The position numbers and the translations under genes are program-made. 64,000 nucleotides of DNA from the NCBI GenBank assembly GCA_964016885.1, contig OZ024743.1, positions 99,758,001 through 99,822,000 on the forward strand, in the 5' to 3' direction. Under the pieces are notes generated by a model. That model worked only from the letters and a program-made list of their open reading frames with translations, made no database searches and was not told the origin of the DNA. Shown one piece after another: positions 27,343 to 40,010 of this stretch. How positions within the stretch are numbered: position 1 is the stretch's first letter; every line of letters starts with the position of its first letter. The stretch comes from Eledone cirrhosa (Eukaryota).

Positions 27343-28953
27343 TTACTACTGCTACTACTACTGCTGCTACTACTACTACTGCTACTACTACTGCTGCTAC
27401 TACTACTACTGCTACTACTACAACTACTACTGCTGCTGCTACTACTACTACTACTACTGCTACTACTACAACTACTACTAATGCTACTACTACTTCTGCT
27501 GTTGCTACTACTACTGCTGCTGCTAGTACTGCTGCTGCTGCTACTACTATTACTACTACTACTACTACTGCTGCTACTACTGCTACTACTACTACTGAGC
27601 TACTACTACTACTGCTGCTACTACTACTGCTACTGAGCTACTACTGCTACTGCTACTATTACTACTACTACTGCTGCTACTAGTACAGCTGCTGCTACTA
27701 CTACTACTGCTACTGCTACTACTACTACTACTGATACTACTACTACTACTACTACTGCTGCTACTACTACTACTACTGCTACTACTAAGCTATTGCTACT
27801 ACTGCTACTACTACTACTGTTACTACTACTACTACTACTACTACTGCTTCTGCTGCTACTGCTACTACTGCTGCTGCTACTACTACTACTGCTGATGTTA
27901 CTACTACTACTACTACTACTGTTGCTTCTGCTGCTGCTACTACTGCTGCTGCTGTTGTTGCTACTGTTACTACTACAACTACTACTATACTACTACAACT
28001 ACTACTATACTACTACTACTACTACTATACTACTACTACTACTACTATTACTACTACTACTACTACTACTACTATACTACTGCTACTGCTGCTACTACTA
28101 CTGCTGCTGCTACTACTACTGCTGCTGCTGCTGCTGCTACTACTGCTTCTGCTGCTACTACTACTGCTACTACTACTACTGCTGCTACTACTACTGCTGC
28201 TGCTACTACTACTGCTGCTGCTGCTGCTGCTACTACTACTACTACTATTGCTGCTACTGCTGCTACTGCTGCTACTACTACTACTACTACTCCTACTACT
28301 CCTACTACTACTACTACTACTACTGCTGCTACTACTGCTACTACTACTACTGAGCTACTACTACTACTGCTGCTACTACTACTGCTACTGAGCTACTACT
28401 GCTACTGCTACTACTACTATTACTACTACTACTGCTGCTACTAGTACTGCTGCTGCTACTACTACTACTGCTACTGCTACTACTACTACTACTGCTACTA
28501 CTACTACTGCTACTACTACTACTACTACTACTGCTGCTACTACTACTACTACTGCTACTACTAAGCTATTGCTACTACTGCTACTACTACTACTGTTACT
28601 ACTACTACTACTACTGCTTCTGCTGCTACTGCTACTACTGCTGCTGCTACTACTACTACTGCTGATGTTACTACTACTACTACTGTTGCTTCTGCTGCTG
28701 CTACTACTGCTGCTGCTGTTGTTGCTACTGTTACTACTACAACTACTACTATACTACTACAACTACTACTATACTACTACTACTACTATACTGCTACTAC
28801 TACTACTACTACTACTATACTACTACTACTACTATACTACTGCTACTGCTGCTACTACTACTGCTGCTGCTACTACTACTGCTGCTGCTGCTGCTACTAC
28901 TGCTTCTGCTGCTACTACTACTGCTACTACTACTACTGCTGCTGCTACTACTA

Positions 28954-28985
<32 letters not shown>

Positions 28986-29145
28986 GCTACTACTACTACT
29001 ACTGCTGCTGCTACTACTGCAGCTACTGCTGCTACTACTCCTACTCCTACTACTCCTACTACTACTACTACTACTACTACTGTCACTGCTGCTACTAATA
29101 GTACTACAATACTGGTGGTGGTGGTGCTGGTAGTAGTAGTAGTAA
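27343..29145. repeat. (CTA/CTG)n trinucleotide mosaic of about 1.8 kb with an internal block duplication of about 760 bp
   Basis: Direct reading. Landmark motifs (TGAGCTAC, CTAAGCTATTG, GCTGATGTTA) recur about 755-776 bp apart. Confidence 0.97.
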
Positions 29146-29200
29146 TGAAAAATAATAAGATAAAAATAGATAAATCTATGTATGTATATTTCTATATATC

Positions 29201-29504
29201 TGTTAGACACGCAGTGACTAACAACAGAGTGTTTTAAGTCTGCGTGTCTGACATATATGCGTAGCATGTGAATAAAAAAATTCAAGGGGTGTCGCTGGCC
29301 ATGGTGATCGCTGCCAAACATGTTTTGTAATGTATCGTCTTATTGTCTAATTTCATCGTCTTATTGGCTAATCAACCAACGAGAGTAATTGTAGCTCAAA
29401 AGCATCTGCCACTTTGTTTGCACGTTTATTTATCGTTTCGCTTTCGAATCTTCCTCCTGTATTTCGTCGTTTATCATCAAAATATTTTTCTCGTTTTGGT
29501 AAGT
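29201..29504 (+). promoter_or_regulatory. Candidate promoter or non-coding first exon ending at a 5' splice donor
   Basis: Non-repetitive stretch with more CpG than its surroundings, an inverted CCAAT (ATTGG near 29363), an upstream inverted repeat, and G|GTAAGT at 29499-29504 followed by T-rich intron-like sequence. Sequence-only inference. Confidence 0.35.
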
Positions 29505-29822
29505 TATATTGTTAATTTATATATGATTTTTTAAATTTATATTAACTTTTTTTTTTCAGTTCGTTATAACATGCTTATAATATTGGTTGTATCATATTTA
29601 CTTGTATATTTGTCCATATCATTGTTCGTTTTATGTTAGATTATTTTATTATTATTATGTTAGATTTTTTTTTATTGTTATGTTAGACTATTTGTATGTA
29701 ATATTTAATTTTTATTAATTCAACTATAACAATTATTATGTAAAATATATTTATTTAATATTGATTGTTTTTTGTAGTTGTTTATATTAAAAGTCTGAAA
29801 ATATTTTGGAATGGAAAATATT

Positions 29823-31605
29823 TTGGAATGGAATCCTAGATGCACGTTGGGACTATGTGGGAGCATGTCCCGATAGAGGAGGGTGTAACAGCCTCAAACA
29901 GTTAATCGTCCGATTTGACCTGGTCGATAGATATCGACTAGATTTTCCGACTCTGCCACTGTGGACGTGTACTAATATCAGCGGAACATCTAGATCGTAC
30001 CTAGATAGGGTTCTAGTTAGAAAGAAGGATAGGGACATGTTAAGATAGGGACATGTTCATGGTTGCCTATTCAAATCACAAATTAGTGACATGCTTAGTC
30101 AACCTTGACAAAACCCATAGACAGGTACCCGGCTACTGGAAGCTGAACTTGTCGTTACCGACATGCAAAGCCTACAGTAGACGGATTAGCACTTTAGTTA
30201 AGCAGCACTTGACGGGGGCCATTGTCAACAACAGATGGTGGTACTCTCTCAAGAAGGCAGTTAGATTAGACTCGATAGGTTTTAGTAAAGAATTAATTTT
30301 AGATAGAACTAAAACCGAAAAGGAACTGGTAGATAAAGTAGAAGAGGCACTTAGGAGTGGCAACGTAGCCAGCGTGCTAGCGACGAGAACGGCCTTGGAT
30401 CAGTTCTTCGACGCAAAACATGAAGGCTGCGTTGTCAGAAGCAAAATACGTGTTCTGGGAAACAAGGGAGCCAAAGCTGTTAGCTGGGCCCGAGTGACGG
30501 AGGCGAAAAGTGGCAACAAGTCCACGATTCGGTCTTTGAAGGACCAATGGGACGCGTGATACGTGAGCTGGGGCAGATGTGCGCAGCCTTTCAGCGGCAC
30601 TTTGCTCAACTGTTCGGGCGGGGCGGCGCTCCGGGCGGGGCGGCGCTCCGGGAGGGGCTATAGATTTCGGTCCATAGCTCGACGGCCCACCGCGACTCTC
30701 GGACAGCGAGGCGAAGTTCTGCGAAAGGCCGATTTCGGCCGCTGAGTTAGGGGACGCGCTGAGCCAATGCGACAAACGCAAATCTCCAGGTCTCGACAGT
30801 CTACCCTACAAATTGAGGACGAACTGGCCAGTCTGTTCGGTAGGACCTTCCGCCCGGGACCAATGGACAACTTCCAAAAGTCCCTGGCCTGGCAGTGCTA
30901 CCGAGGAGCTCTATCAGTTCGAGACAAGCTCTACAGACACGGGCGCCCGGGCAGGAACCCTTCGAAAAAGATCTGTCCGAGATGCGTGCGCGACGAGGAA
31001 ACCGTTACCGACCTATGTAGAACGACTATTGTCATGGGTAGGACCAATCCAGTTGATCACCAAGTCCATTGTCATGATCAAACCGCCACCCTGCTTCAAA
31101 AACGAGGGAGAGGCGGTTTTCCTATGTGTTATGGCTATGGTGAAAGAGGTTGGTTATAAGGTGGACGAGGTTAAAAGGTTAAAAGACACCTTTCTCTCCG
31201 GCGAGCAACTGATTCGTTTTTTCAAATATCATTTTGGAAGAAGAATCAGGATGGAGAGAGAGGTGCTGTACCCCAGCAAATTTTATAAAAGGTGGGAGAA
31301 TGTGGCAAAGATGGCCCAAGTGGTTGGGCCTTCTCTCTATATAAGCCTGTAGGTTGAGGAAGAGAAGAAGGGAGTACTCACTCTTGGTGCTCCTGGAGAT
31401 GAGGGTTGTACATTTTTTCGGGGTGTGTACAACCCCTGTACAACCCCTGTGTAACGCCTCCTCCCAATTGGGGATTTCAATTGTTATTTGTTATTTTATT
31501 AATAGTTTTATTTTCATATACCTGTATGTAAACTCCCCATTTGTATTTGTCCCCTTCTTTTGTGCCCTTGTGGATAATAAAGAAATTTATCTATCTATCT
31601 ATCTA
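29823..31605 (+). mobile_element. L1-clade Tx1-like LINE remnant: endonuclease C-terminus and linker, RT deleted, zf-RVT C-terminus, (TATC)n tail
   Basis: EN end: SYLDRVLV..SNHKLV..PGYWKLN. RT start SPGLDSLPY is fused to EDELASLFG. Zinc-knuckle region WQCYRGALSVRDKL..CPRC..EETV. AATAAAGAAAT is followed by (TATC)n. Confidence 0.88.
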
Positions 31606-31697
31606 TTTATTTATCTACCGTTTCATCTCGTCATTTATTTTAGCTTATTCTTTATTTTTATATTAATCTATTTATATTTTATTTTATCCTACTCTTT

Positions 31698-31887
31698 GGT
31701 GGATTGGCAGTATTGGTAGAGCATCAGACACCATGCTTTGCAGCATAGAGTTATGGCCCTTTGCATTCTGAGTACAAATCCCGCCGAGGTTAACTTTGCC
31801 TTTCATCCTTACGGGGTCGATAAAATAAAGCACCAGTAATGTACTGGGGTAATTGCTGGCCTTGTGCCAAAAGTAGAAACAATTATT
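31698..31887 (+). mobile_element. Full-length tRNA-derived SINE with Deu/Nin-like central domain
   Basis: A-box-like TGGCAGTATTGGTAGA, B-box-like GAGT(A/T)CAAATCC, core GTTAACTTTGCCTTTCATCCTTACGGGGTCGATAAAATAAAG..CCAG and an (ATT)n tail. The similarity to the Deu/Nin domain is recalled, not searched. Confidence 0.88.
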
Positions 31888-32190
31888 AATTATCTTATTT
31901 TTCATTCTATTTTATCATTACCACCAACACAGTTACTTTCCCTTTTTTATTTATTGGCAGAGTTGTTAGAGCATCAGATTAACCTTTTTGATACCAAATT
32001 GCCTTAAACAACCCTCGGTTCTATGATACAAAACTGTTTGTTTTAAAGTGATTATATTATCTAAAATCCTCCCATCATAATATTTTTGTAAGAAACTTTA
32101 AGTCATATTCTAAACACCAACTTAATAATGAGAAAGTTAGTTATATTACTAAATCCCTCGAAATTCAAGATTATTTTCAAAATTATTTTT

Positions 32191-32382
32191 AAATAATTGT
32201 TTCTACTTTAGGCACAAGGCCAGCAATTACCCAGTGCATTACTGGTACTTTATTTTATCGACCCCGTAAGGATGAAAGGCAAAGTCAACCTCGGCGGGAT
32301 TTGAACTCAGATCGTAAAGGGACGTAACTATGCTGGAAAGCATGGCGTCCGACCCTCTACCGATACTGCCAATCTACCGCCC
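32191..32382 (-). mobile_element. Full-length Deu/Nin-like SINE inserted in a family-A MITE (31979-32430)
   Basis: Reverse complement of the 31698-31887 copy with many CpGs intact. MITE-A sequence resumes and ends ATGGTAATGAATGGGTTAA. Confidence 0.9.
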
Positions 32383-32744
32383 TACAATTAATTTTAAATA
32401 ATAAACAGAAATATGGTAATGAATGGGTTAACTCCTTTGATATCAAACTGTGAAACTCTCTTTGGTTCTATAATGCAAAACGTTTTTTAAGCCTTTACAT
32501 ATATCTAAAAACCTTCTATCATACTTTTATGTAAGAACCTTTGTTAAGTTACATTCCAAACACCAGCTTAATAAGCAGAAAATTAGTTATATCATAAAAT
32601 TAGTTATATCATAATATATATCAATCCAGAGGCAGTGGATTGATGAAATTGTTAAAAAGTCAGACAAGATAATTTGCAATATCTTATGTGGCTATGTGCA
32701 TTATAAGTTCAAATCATGTTCCCTTCTACCAGGCATTATTACTG

Positions 32745-32930
32745 TGAATTGGCAGTATCGGTAGAGGGTCGGACACCATGCTTTCTAGCATAGTTACATC
32801 CCTTTACGGTCTGAGTTCAAATCCCATCGAGGTTAACTTTGCCTTTCATCCTTACGGGTTCGATCAAAATAAAGTACCGGTAATGCACTGGGTAATTGTG
32901 GCCTTGTGCCAAAAGTAGAAACAATTATTA
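32745..32930 (+). mobile_element. Full-length Deu/Nin-like SINE
   Basis: TTGGCAGTATCGGTAGAGGG..GAGTTCAAATCCC..GCCTTTCATCCTTACGGG..AGTAGAAACAATTATT. Confidence 0.9.
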
Positions 32931-33734
32931 CCAACAGATAGTAACAGCAATGGAAAGGTTAAAGGAAACAGTTCCCTTGGTTCAATCTGATGATTTCTCC
33001 TCATTTTTCCTTTATTTATATATTTTTACTATTACTACACTTCCTCATGCAAAAAATATTAAAAAACTCATCCAGGTTCATCTGTGAGTATCTTGTATTT
33101 TTAGAACAGACACACCATAATCTTACATGATGTAAGAGATGACTTAAAAGGGTTGGTGTCAGGAAAGACATCCATCTGTGAAAGATTGCCTCAAAAATTC
33201 ATATTCAATTCATGCCATCATGGGAAAGCAGGCATGGTAATGGTTGTGGTAATGGTATTGAAGTAGTTAGGTCATCATGATGTCTGTGTATGTATTATTG
33301 TACAAGTTGTTCTACTACCATATCACCCCAGTTCCCAGTGAGTTATCCAATGAAACAAAACCCCTTTTATTGAACTCACTGTTTCAATAAAACATATACA
33401 TTATATATATATTGTTGTCAAGTAAAGCTAGGTGAGTTATTTCTAGCACTCCTTATTGCTCACTGTGCATCCCTTACTACCCTTCATACCACATGACATT
33501 TTTCCTATTTGAAAAAATCATACATAGCAGTCATTTGAATATTCCTTTTGTTGAGAGCCAGTTCCCTGAGGAACCATCATTCCCCTGATATCCTAACTTA
33601 TCAGAATGTTTAATGTCAATCTAACACAACCATGGTCAGGATACTTGAAGTAAGTTAATGTTTTACCTTGTTTCATTTTTCCCACTTATGAATTTATATA
33701 TGGACATGTGTGTATGGACATGTATATATATATA

Positions 33735-34560
33735 TCATCATCATCATCATCATCACCATCGTTTAATGTCTATCTTCCACGCTAGCATGGGTTTAGACGG
33801 GAATTGTCCTACTTGAGGCATGTCTCGCTCGTATAGGGCTGTCTGGCATATTTTCTACGGCTGGATGCCCTTCCTAACACCAACCACGTTTACAGTGTGG
33901 ACTGGGAGGTTTTTACCGTGTTACCTACACGGCCACATTACAGCGTGGACTGTGTGTTTTTTTTGTTGTGACACCTACACGATCTCATTTATTTAGGACT
34001 GGATGTTGTGGTACCAACATAACTTTACAGAGAAAGGGGTGGTGTTGATGGGGTGGGGTGGAGGAGTTGGTGGTAGTGGGAGGGAGGTGTATATTTGGTT
34101 AAGAGGTACCTACTGACTGTAGGTTTCGCTTTGTACTTAGGCAAGGCAGGTCTTCTGTATTACTGCGTAGCGCCAAAGATCTCGGTCCAGTGACATTGTC
34201 TTAGAGAGGTGTAAGTGTATAAGGTCGGAATTTATCAGATCATCCCAGGTTTTTCTGGGTCTGCCTACTCCGTGGCTACCGCCTATTTTTATCGCCCTGC
34301 ACTTTTTTATACAGCTGTCGTCTTTCATGCGCATCACGTGACCATACCAACGTAGTCTTCTTTCAAGTAAACAGCATCTGATCCCTCTTATTCCTAATTT
34401 CTCACTTAGTTCATTTATGCTTTGCCGTTCACGTATATTACTATTACACATCCAACGGAGCATGGATGCTCCGGTCCTCTCCAATCTGCACAGATCCTCT
34501 GAACACAAGGCCCATGTCTCACTGCCATGTAACATTGCTGTTCCTATACAGGCATCATAC
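33735..34560 (-). mobile_element. 5'-truncated RTE LINE, same family as 59970-61904
   Basis: ORF 34137-34568 is highly similar to the C-terminal part of ORF 60582-61523. It has the same 3' UTR and (GAT)n tail. Confidence 0.95.
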
Positions 34561-35314
34561 CTTCCCAATTGCTAATACAATCTACCAGTTGCAAATCCAG
34601 GCAGAAGGAGCAACGAGAAATAAAGTGTTTTGATCAAGACATAATGCATCACCCAGTCCGGGAATTGAGCTCACACACTCACAATTGTGAATCTAATTTT
34701 CTAACCACTCTGCCATGCATATATACATACACACACACATACATATATACACACACATACATATATACATACACACATACATATATACATACACACATTT
34801 AGATCTGCATACGTGTGTGGAATTTATATTTAAAAGTAAGTAAATATGTGTAAAAAAGGAAAAATTACTTTAAAACTAAATAAAACCCCCCCCAAAACAA
34901 ATCCTCTTTTCCTGTTATCTTCAAATAACTTAAGTATGGTCCAGAATAGATTATATAGATATGTAGCAACAATTCTCTTGGAACTATATGCAACAGTTTC
35001 TTATTTCTTATTTTAAACTTTTCTCAATCTACTTCCTTCAAAATCTGATACTATTTCTCATTTTATTATTATTTTTTGTTTATTATTTTTATACTATACT
35101 TATTGGCTGTACACGTTTTTCTTTAATACAAAAGTATTTCATTTATATCTAGTTTTATCTCATTTATAATAATTAATGGTGTTTATAAATTTCTTTTCAT
35201 TTCATACATGATTTTTTTTCCCCTGTTTATTTTTTTTTGTTGTTTTTTTTTCTTTCAGTGGATGGTTTTCAAAATATCCCTTTATTTTCTTAATTTAGAT
35301 AAATAATTGAAATA

Positions 35315-35363
<49 letters not shown>

Positions 35364-35644
35364 AAAGCTAGAAATACCTTACCTTCAAACTCTTTCAGTT
35401 AGTTCCATTATGTTTGTATGGAAGCTATCCAATAAACTAACAACATAGTGTTTTAACTCTTTACAGACCCAACCACCAGACATTGTCCAGGATTTATGAT
35501 ACAACACTGATCATTTTAAAATGTTTTAAAATATTGTATGTCTCTTTTGTTAACACAATATACACACATTCACATATTTTGTATTGAAAACACTTTTAAT
35601 AAATATTATACTCATCAAAGTCTAATCTTGTAATCTTAAATATA

Positions 35645-36020
35645 ACAGGGCAGGGAGACAGAGTGAGAGAGAGGACCCCCTTTTGTCACAAAAGACCATG
35701 GGATTTGCACTTAGAAAGTTCCCCTCTATGGCAAAAGTCCACACAAGGTTGTTTGTGGAAGACCAGCAGTCGCCCATGCATACCAGTCTCCCCTCTCCAC
35801 ACCACCAATGTTGTCCAAGGGAAAAGCAATGACCGATACAGCTTGGTACCAGTGACATCACAACTCATTTCTACAGCTGAGTGAACTGGAGCAACGTGTA
35901 ATAAAGTGTCTTGCTCAAGAACACAACACAAAAAACACAAAGCCCGGTCTGAGAATCGAACTCACAATCTCATGATTGTAAGCCTGATGCTCTAACCACT
36001 AAAACCATGCACCTTCACAC
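35645..36020 (-). mobile_element. tRNA-derived SINE, second family (partial copies at about 34600-34720 and 38325-38445)
   Basis: Minus strand has an A box TGGTTTTAGTGGTTAGAG and a B box GAGTTCGATTCTC, then TTCTTGAGCAAGACACTTTA..TTGCTCCAGTTCACTCAGCTG. Confidence 0.85.
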
Positions 36021-36174
36021 AGAGTACAGGAGTACAAACACACAAATAATAACTCTTTTGATACGAAACTCTCTGACACTACCCTGAATTTATCATACAA
36101 AACTGCTTGTTATAAGATATTTATCCTTATATTAAAACCTATTTTAGAAATTTTTGTTATGTTCAGAATATTAA

Positions 36175-37602
36175 CCCTTTAGCATTTAAACTGGCCGTAT
36201 CCAGCCAGAATTCTCTCACCTCTTTCTGTTCAAACTGGCCATAACTGGCTGCTCACACTTATAAATAATAATTGTTTCTACTTTTTGGCACAAGGCCAGC
36301 AATTACCCAGTGCATTACTCGTACTTTATTTTATCGACCCTATAAGGATGAAAGGCAAAGTTAACCTCGAATGAATAATAATAATAATAATAATGAAATT
36401 ATTGTGTAAAGTGCTCAGGTGCACTACAACTCATCAAAGGTGCATGTATAGTACATAGAATAATATACAAATGTCAGGGAAGTGAATAGTGTATGTGTCA
36501 TGATATACATGTGTGTATGTGTATGGAGGGGGAACATTAGGTGTAGTGTTGGCGAATCTCGGGAAACATGGAGGTTTTAAAGGATGCAGTGTCTCGACAG
36601 CTAACAACTGCTGCAGGTAGTTTGTTCCATGCTTCAGCAACTCTGAGCGTCAAAAAAGGTTTCCGAAACTCATGGGAGCTGTGCTGTTTTCTGACTTTGT
36701 GGGCATGCCCACGTGTGTTAGACACATGGAAATCAAAAAGGTACTCAGCGTTGTTGTTGGCAACATGGTTAACAATTTTGTGGGTGTTTACCAAGTCAGT
36801 TGCTAGGCGTCGGAGCTTCAATGTATCCATGCCCAGGGAAGCAAGGCGTTCAGAGTATTGTAGATGCCTGATGGAGGGTATTCGCTTGGTTGCACGTCTC
36901 TGAACAGTTTCCTGGCGGTCAATGTTCTGAGCAAGATAGGGGTTCCAGACTGGTGATGCAAATTCTAAGTGTGGCCGCACCATAGCCATGTACAGCCTTA
37001 AATAGATAGCTGGAGAATGGCTGACAAAGGTCTTGCTGAGTGATGCTAAGACACCCTCAGCCATCTTGACAATTTTAGAGACGTGCTTCGTCCAACGCAA
37101 ATCGCTGCTGACCGTAATGCCCAGGTCACGTTCACAAGAAGACTTCTTGATATTAGTGCTGTGGAGGGAGTATGTGGATGCTGGGTTTTTACTCCCAAAA
37201 TGCATGGTGGTGCACTTGTCCACAGCTAGCTTGAGTTGCCAGTCTGAGATCCATTGTTGCATTGTGTCCAGGTCAGACTGCAAGCAAGATCTATGGTGTT
37301 CAGGATCTGTCCTTTTTATCTCAAGGTACAGTTTGATGTCATCTGCATACTTTAGTACTGTGGCATTCTTTAAGTTGGCATCTATGTCATTAATATATGC
37401 CACAAACAAAAGGGGGCCAAGAACAGAACCCTGTGGTACACCAGATGACATCTCATATGGTGAGGAATGGTTAAGGTATTGTTCTCAAAATAAATAATAT
37501 CAAAATCTCATAGATTCGATATTGTGTGAGATAATTATATGAGGTAAAGTCTTTACTATGAAAATATAATAGTAAATATAGAATAATGTAAATGCTAAAG
37601 GG
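36175..37602. mobile_element. Family-B MITE with perfect TTAA TSD, split by a SINE fragment and a CR1; nested in a family-A MITE (about 36050-37724)
   Basis: TTAA|CCCTTTAGCATTTA at 36171 and TAAATGCTAAAGGG|TTAA ending at 37606. The halves 36175-36262 and 37471-37602 rejoin to match the 9791-9997 copy. Confidence 0.88.
36372..37470 (-). mobile_element. 5'-truncated CR1-clade LINE (C-terminal half of RT), open frame of 304 aa
   Basis: SGVPQGSVLGPLLF, YADDIKLY, ERDLG, VRPHLEFASPVWNPY, TRGH, RVAEAWNKLP; 3' UTR with an (ATT)n tail. Confidence 0.95.
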
Positions 37603-39773
37603 TTAACTTACTAATGAAAAAGCTAGTTATTTTGATAAATTCCTCGAAATCTGTTATTTTCAAAATTAATTGAAACACATTAGCAGTGTATTTCATCACA
37701 AATATGGTAAAAAAAAAGGGTTAAATAATGGTTTTCTGGATATGAATCTTAAATTTTCTTTAGAGATTCTAAAAGATTTCCCATCTTATATAACTGAGCA
37801 TTTGCAACCACAAAAGTCATGACAACCCCTTCCGCTACATAATCACACACACACATACATACAGTGTCCAGTGTACACATATCATCCTTTAATCATGACA
37901 TCACAAACATGTACTTCTACATTGCACCAAACATGTTGATAGAATTAATATAGCTTTAGTGAGTTGTAAGAGAGGAAGGCTCTTTAAATATTTACATCTA
38001 CATTGTATGTATGTTGGTATGTCGAATAGGTATGTTGTAAGAGAAAACTAAAGGGGTTGGCATTAGCAAGGGCATTTACCTGCAATATTCTGCCTAAAAA
38101 AATAATTTCCAACCCATGCCAGCATGGAAAAATTGAGCTAAAACAACGATGATGATGACAATGATGATAACTACATTTCCAGCAGTTTGGTATTCAATCA
38201 TCATCAGGTATTTTGAAATGAAAATGAAATTTACTGCTAACATCTATGTAAGTTTAGCTAAGGTTGCATCTTATATGAGGTTTCTTGAGCATTTAACTAA
38301 AGAGGCCACGGTCCTACTATGAAAAGCAACATGAAATGAAGCATTTTACTCAAGAACACAATGCACTGCCAAGTTCAAAAATCAAACCCATAACGTTATG
38401 ATTTTGAGTTCAACACCCTGACTACTAGGCAACATGCTTTCACACCACGTGTCTTATTTTAGAGTGTCTTTGCACTATCAGATTGATTTCAAAATAAGAT
38501 CGTCTCTAAAGAAGAATTTGATAGTCAAAATAATTCCAATCTTCATTTTAAGATGTTCACAAAATAATGATAACTAATGCACAAGGCCAGCAATTTAGGG
38601 TGAAGGCAAAGTTGGTTATATTGCTCTAAGTACATTATGATGCTTTAGTCATCCGGAAGGATGAAAGGCAAAATTGACTTCATCAGGATTTGAACTCAGA
38701 ATGTAAAGAACTGCAACAAATACTACTAAGCATCTGCCCAGCATTGTAATGACACTGTCAATCCACCAGTCTGTAGGATGGTAGGGCTTGTACCATTATA
38801 AAAAACACCCAATCCGCTTTGTAAGATGGTAGTGATGGTGCTATGATAAAAACACCTAGTTCACTTTGTAAGTTAGTAGTGATGGTGCCATGATAAAAAA
38901 TATCTAGTCCACTTTCTAAGCTGATTGTACAGATACCACAATAAAATGTCCTCTGCTATAGAAACCAAGCTAAAAATGGTATATATATAAGCAAGATGTG
39001 GTCACCTAACTGGTCTAGCATCAAAATATGACAAATTTTCTAACCCCCGCAAGCATGGAAAAGCAGACATTATGATTTGCATGGTGTTTGTGGAATTGCC
39101 ATATCACATATTCTGCTATGCTATTTTCATTCAGCTTAGCAACATTGGTTTTTATTGATTTCATAGTTCAGTTGGAAGCATGAGGTGTGTGTTTTTTATG
39201 CATGGTTAAACACAATGATGGTGCATGCATGTGGCAATCACAAGACCAACAAATAAATATAGTGCAGCTGGGGGATACACAAGCTACTTGTCAAGCTAAC
39301 ATTCATGAGCATGCTAGCAATAAGCAAAATGGAGTTCAGCACAGCTGGATGCTTTTGCAGTGTGTTTTTCCACCACTATATTATGGAGAGGCTAAGGACA
39401 TCATAGGTACAAAAATAGCAAACACAGAACTGGTATAGGCTAGAGATATGTGAATGTCTAATTAGAACTAAGCAACATAGAGACTCCTGCAGATATCATG
39501 GGATGATGGGATTCATGTCAGAGTAGAGAAATTCAACAGGGTATAAATAAATGATGATTCTTAAGATAACCTGTCATTCAAGATGAAGTTAGGCCAACTG
39601 GGAGAAATGATTTAATGATATCCACAAATAGACACAGGAAGCATGGCTGTGTGTTCAAGGAGTTCAGTTGCACAGTTTGGCACCTTGGGTAAATATTATA
39701 GCATCAAATTGACCAATATGCCTTGTGAGTGAAGTGTGATTCATGAAAACTGCAAAAGTCCATTGTATGTATA

Positions 39774-39828
<55 letters not shown>

Positions 39829-39832
<4 letters not shown>

Positions 39833-40010
39833 TCATCATCATCATCATCATTTTACATCCATTTTTCCCTGCTTGCAAGGGTGGGACAGGTCTTATTCAG
39901 CACAGGATCTCGCCACTTGTCACGGTCGTTCGTCATCTCCTCCATGAACTTCAGCGATCTGAGATCTGCTCTCACCACCTCCAGCCATGTTTTTTGTGGT
40001 CTTCCAAAAA
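39829..40010 (-). mobile_element. Short RTE 3' fragment next to (TA)n
   Basis: Translates GRPQKTWLEVVRADL..DRDKWR and carries a (CAT)n tail. Similar to 19962-20130. Confidence 0.8.

Noticed and set aside
27337-29321. Poly-Leu, poly-Ser and Thr/Ala-rich ORFs resembling antifreeze glycoprotein or mucin
   Set aside because: These are trinucleotide microsatellite frames with no regular Thr-Ala-Ala period, signal peptide or gene structure.
39180-39600. Possible exon (83-aa ORF)
   Set aside because: There is no clear splice pair or recognisable domain. At most it faintly resembles a decayed LINE, too weakly to call.
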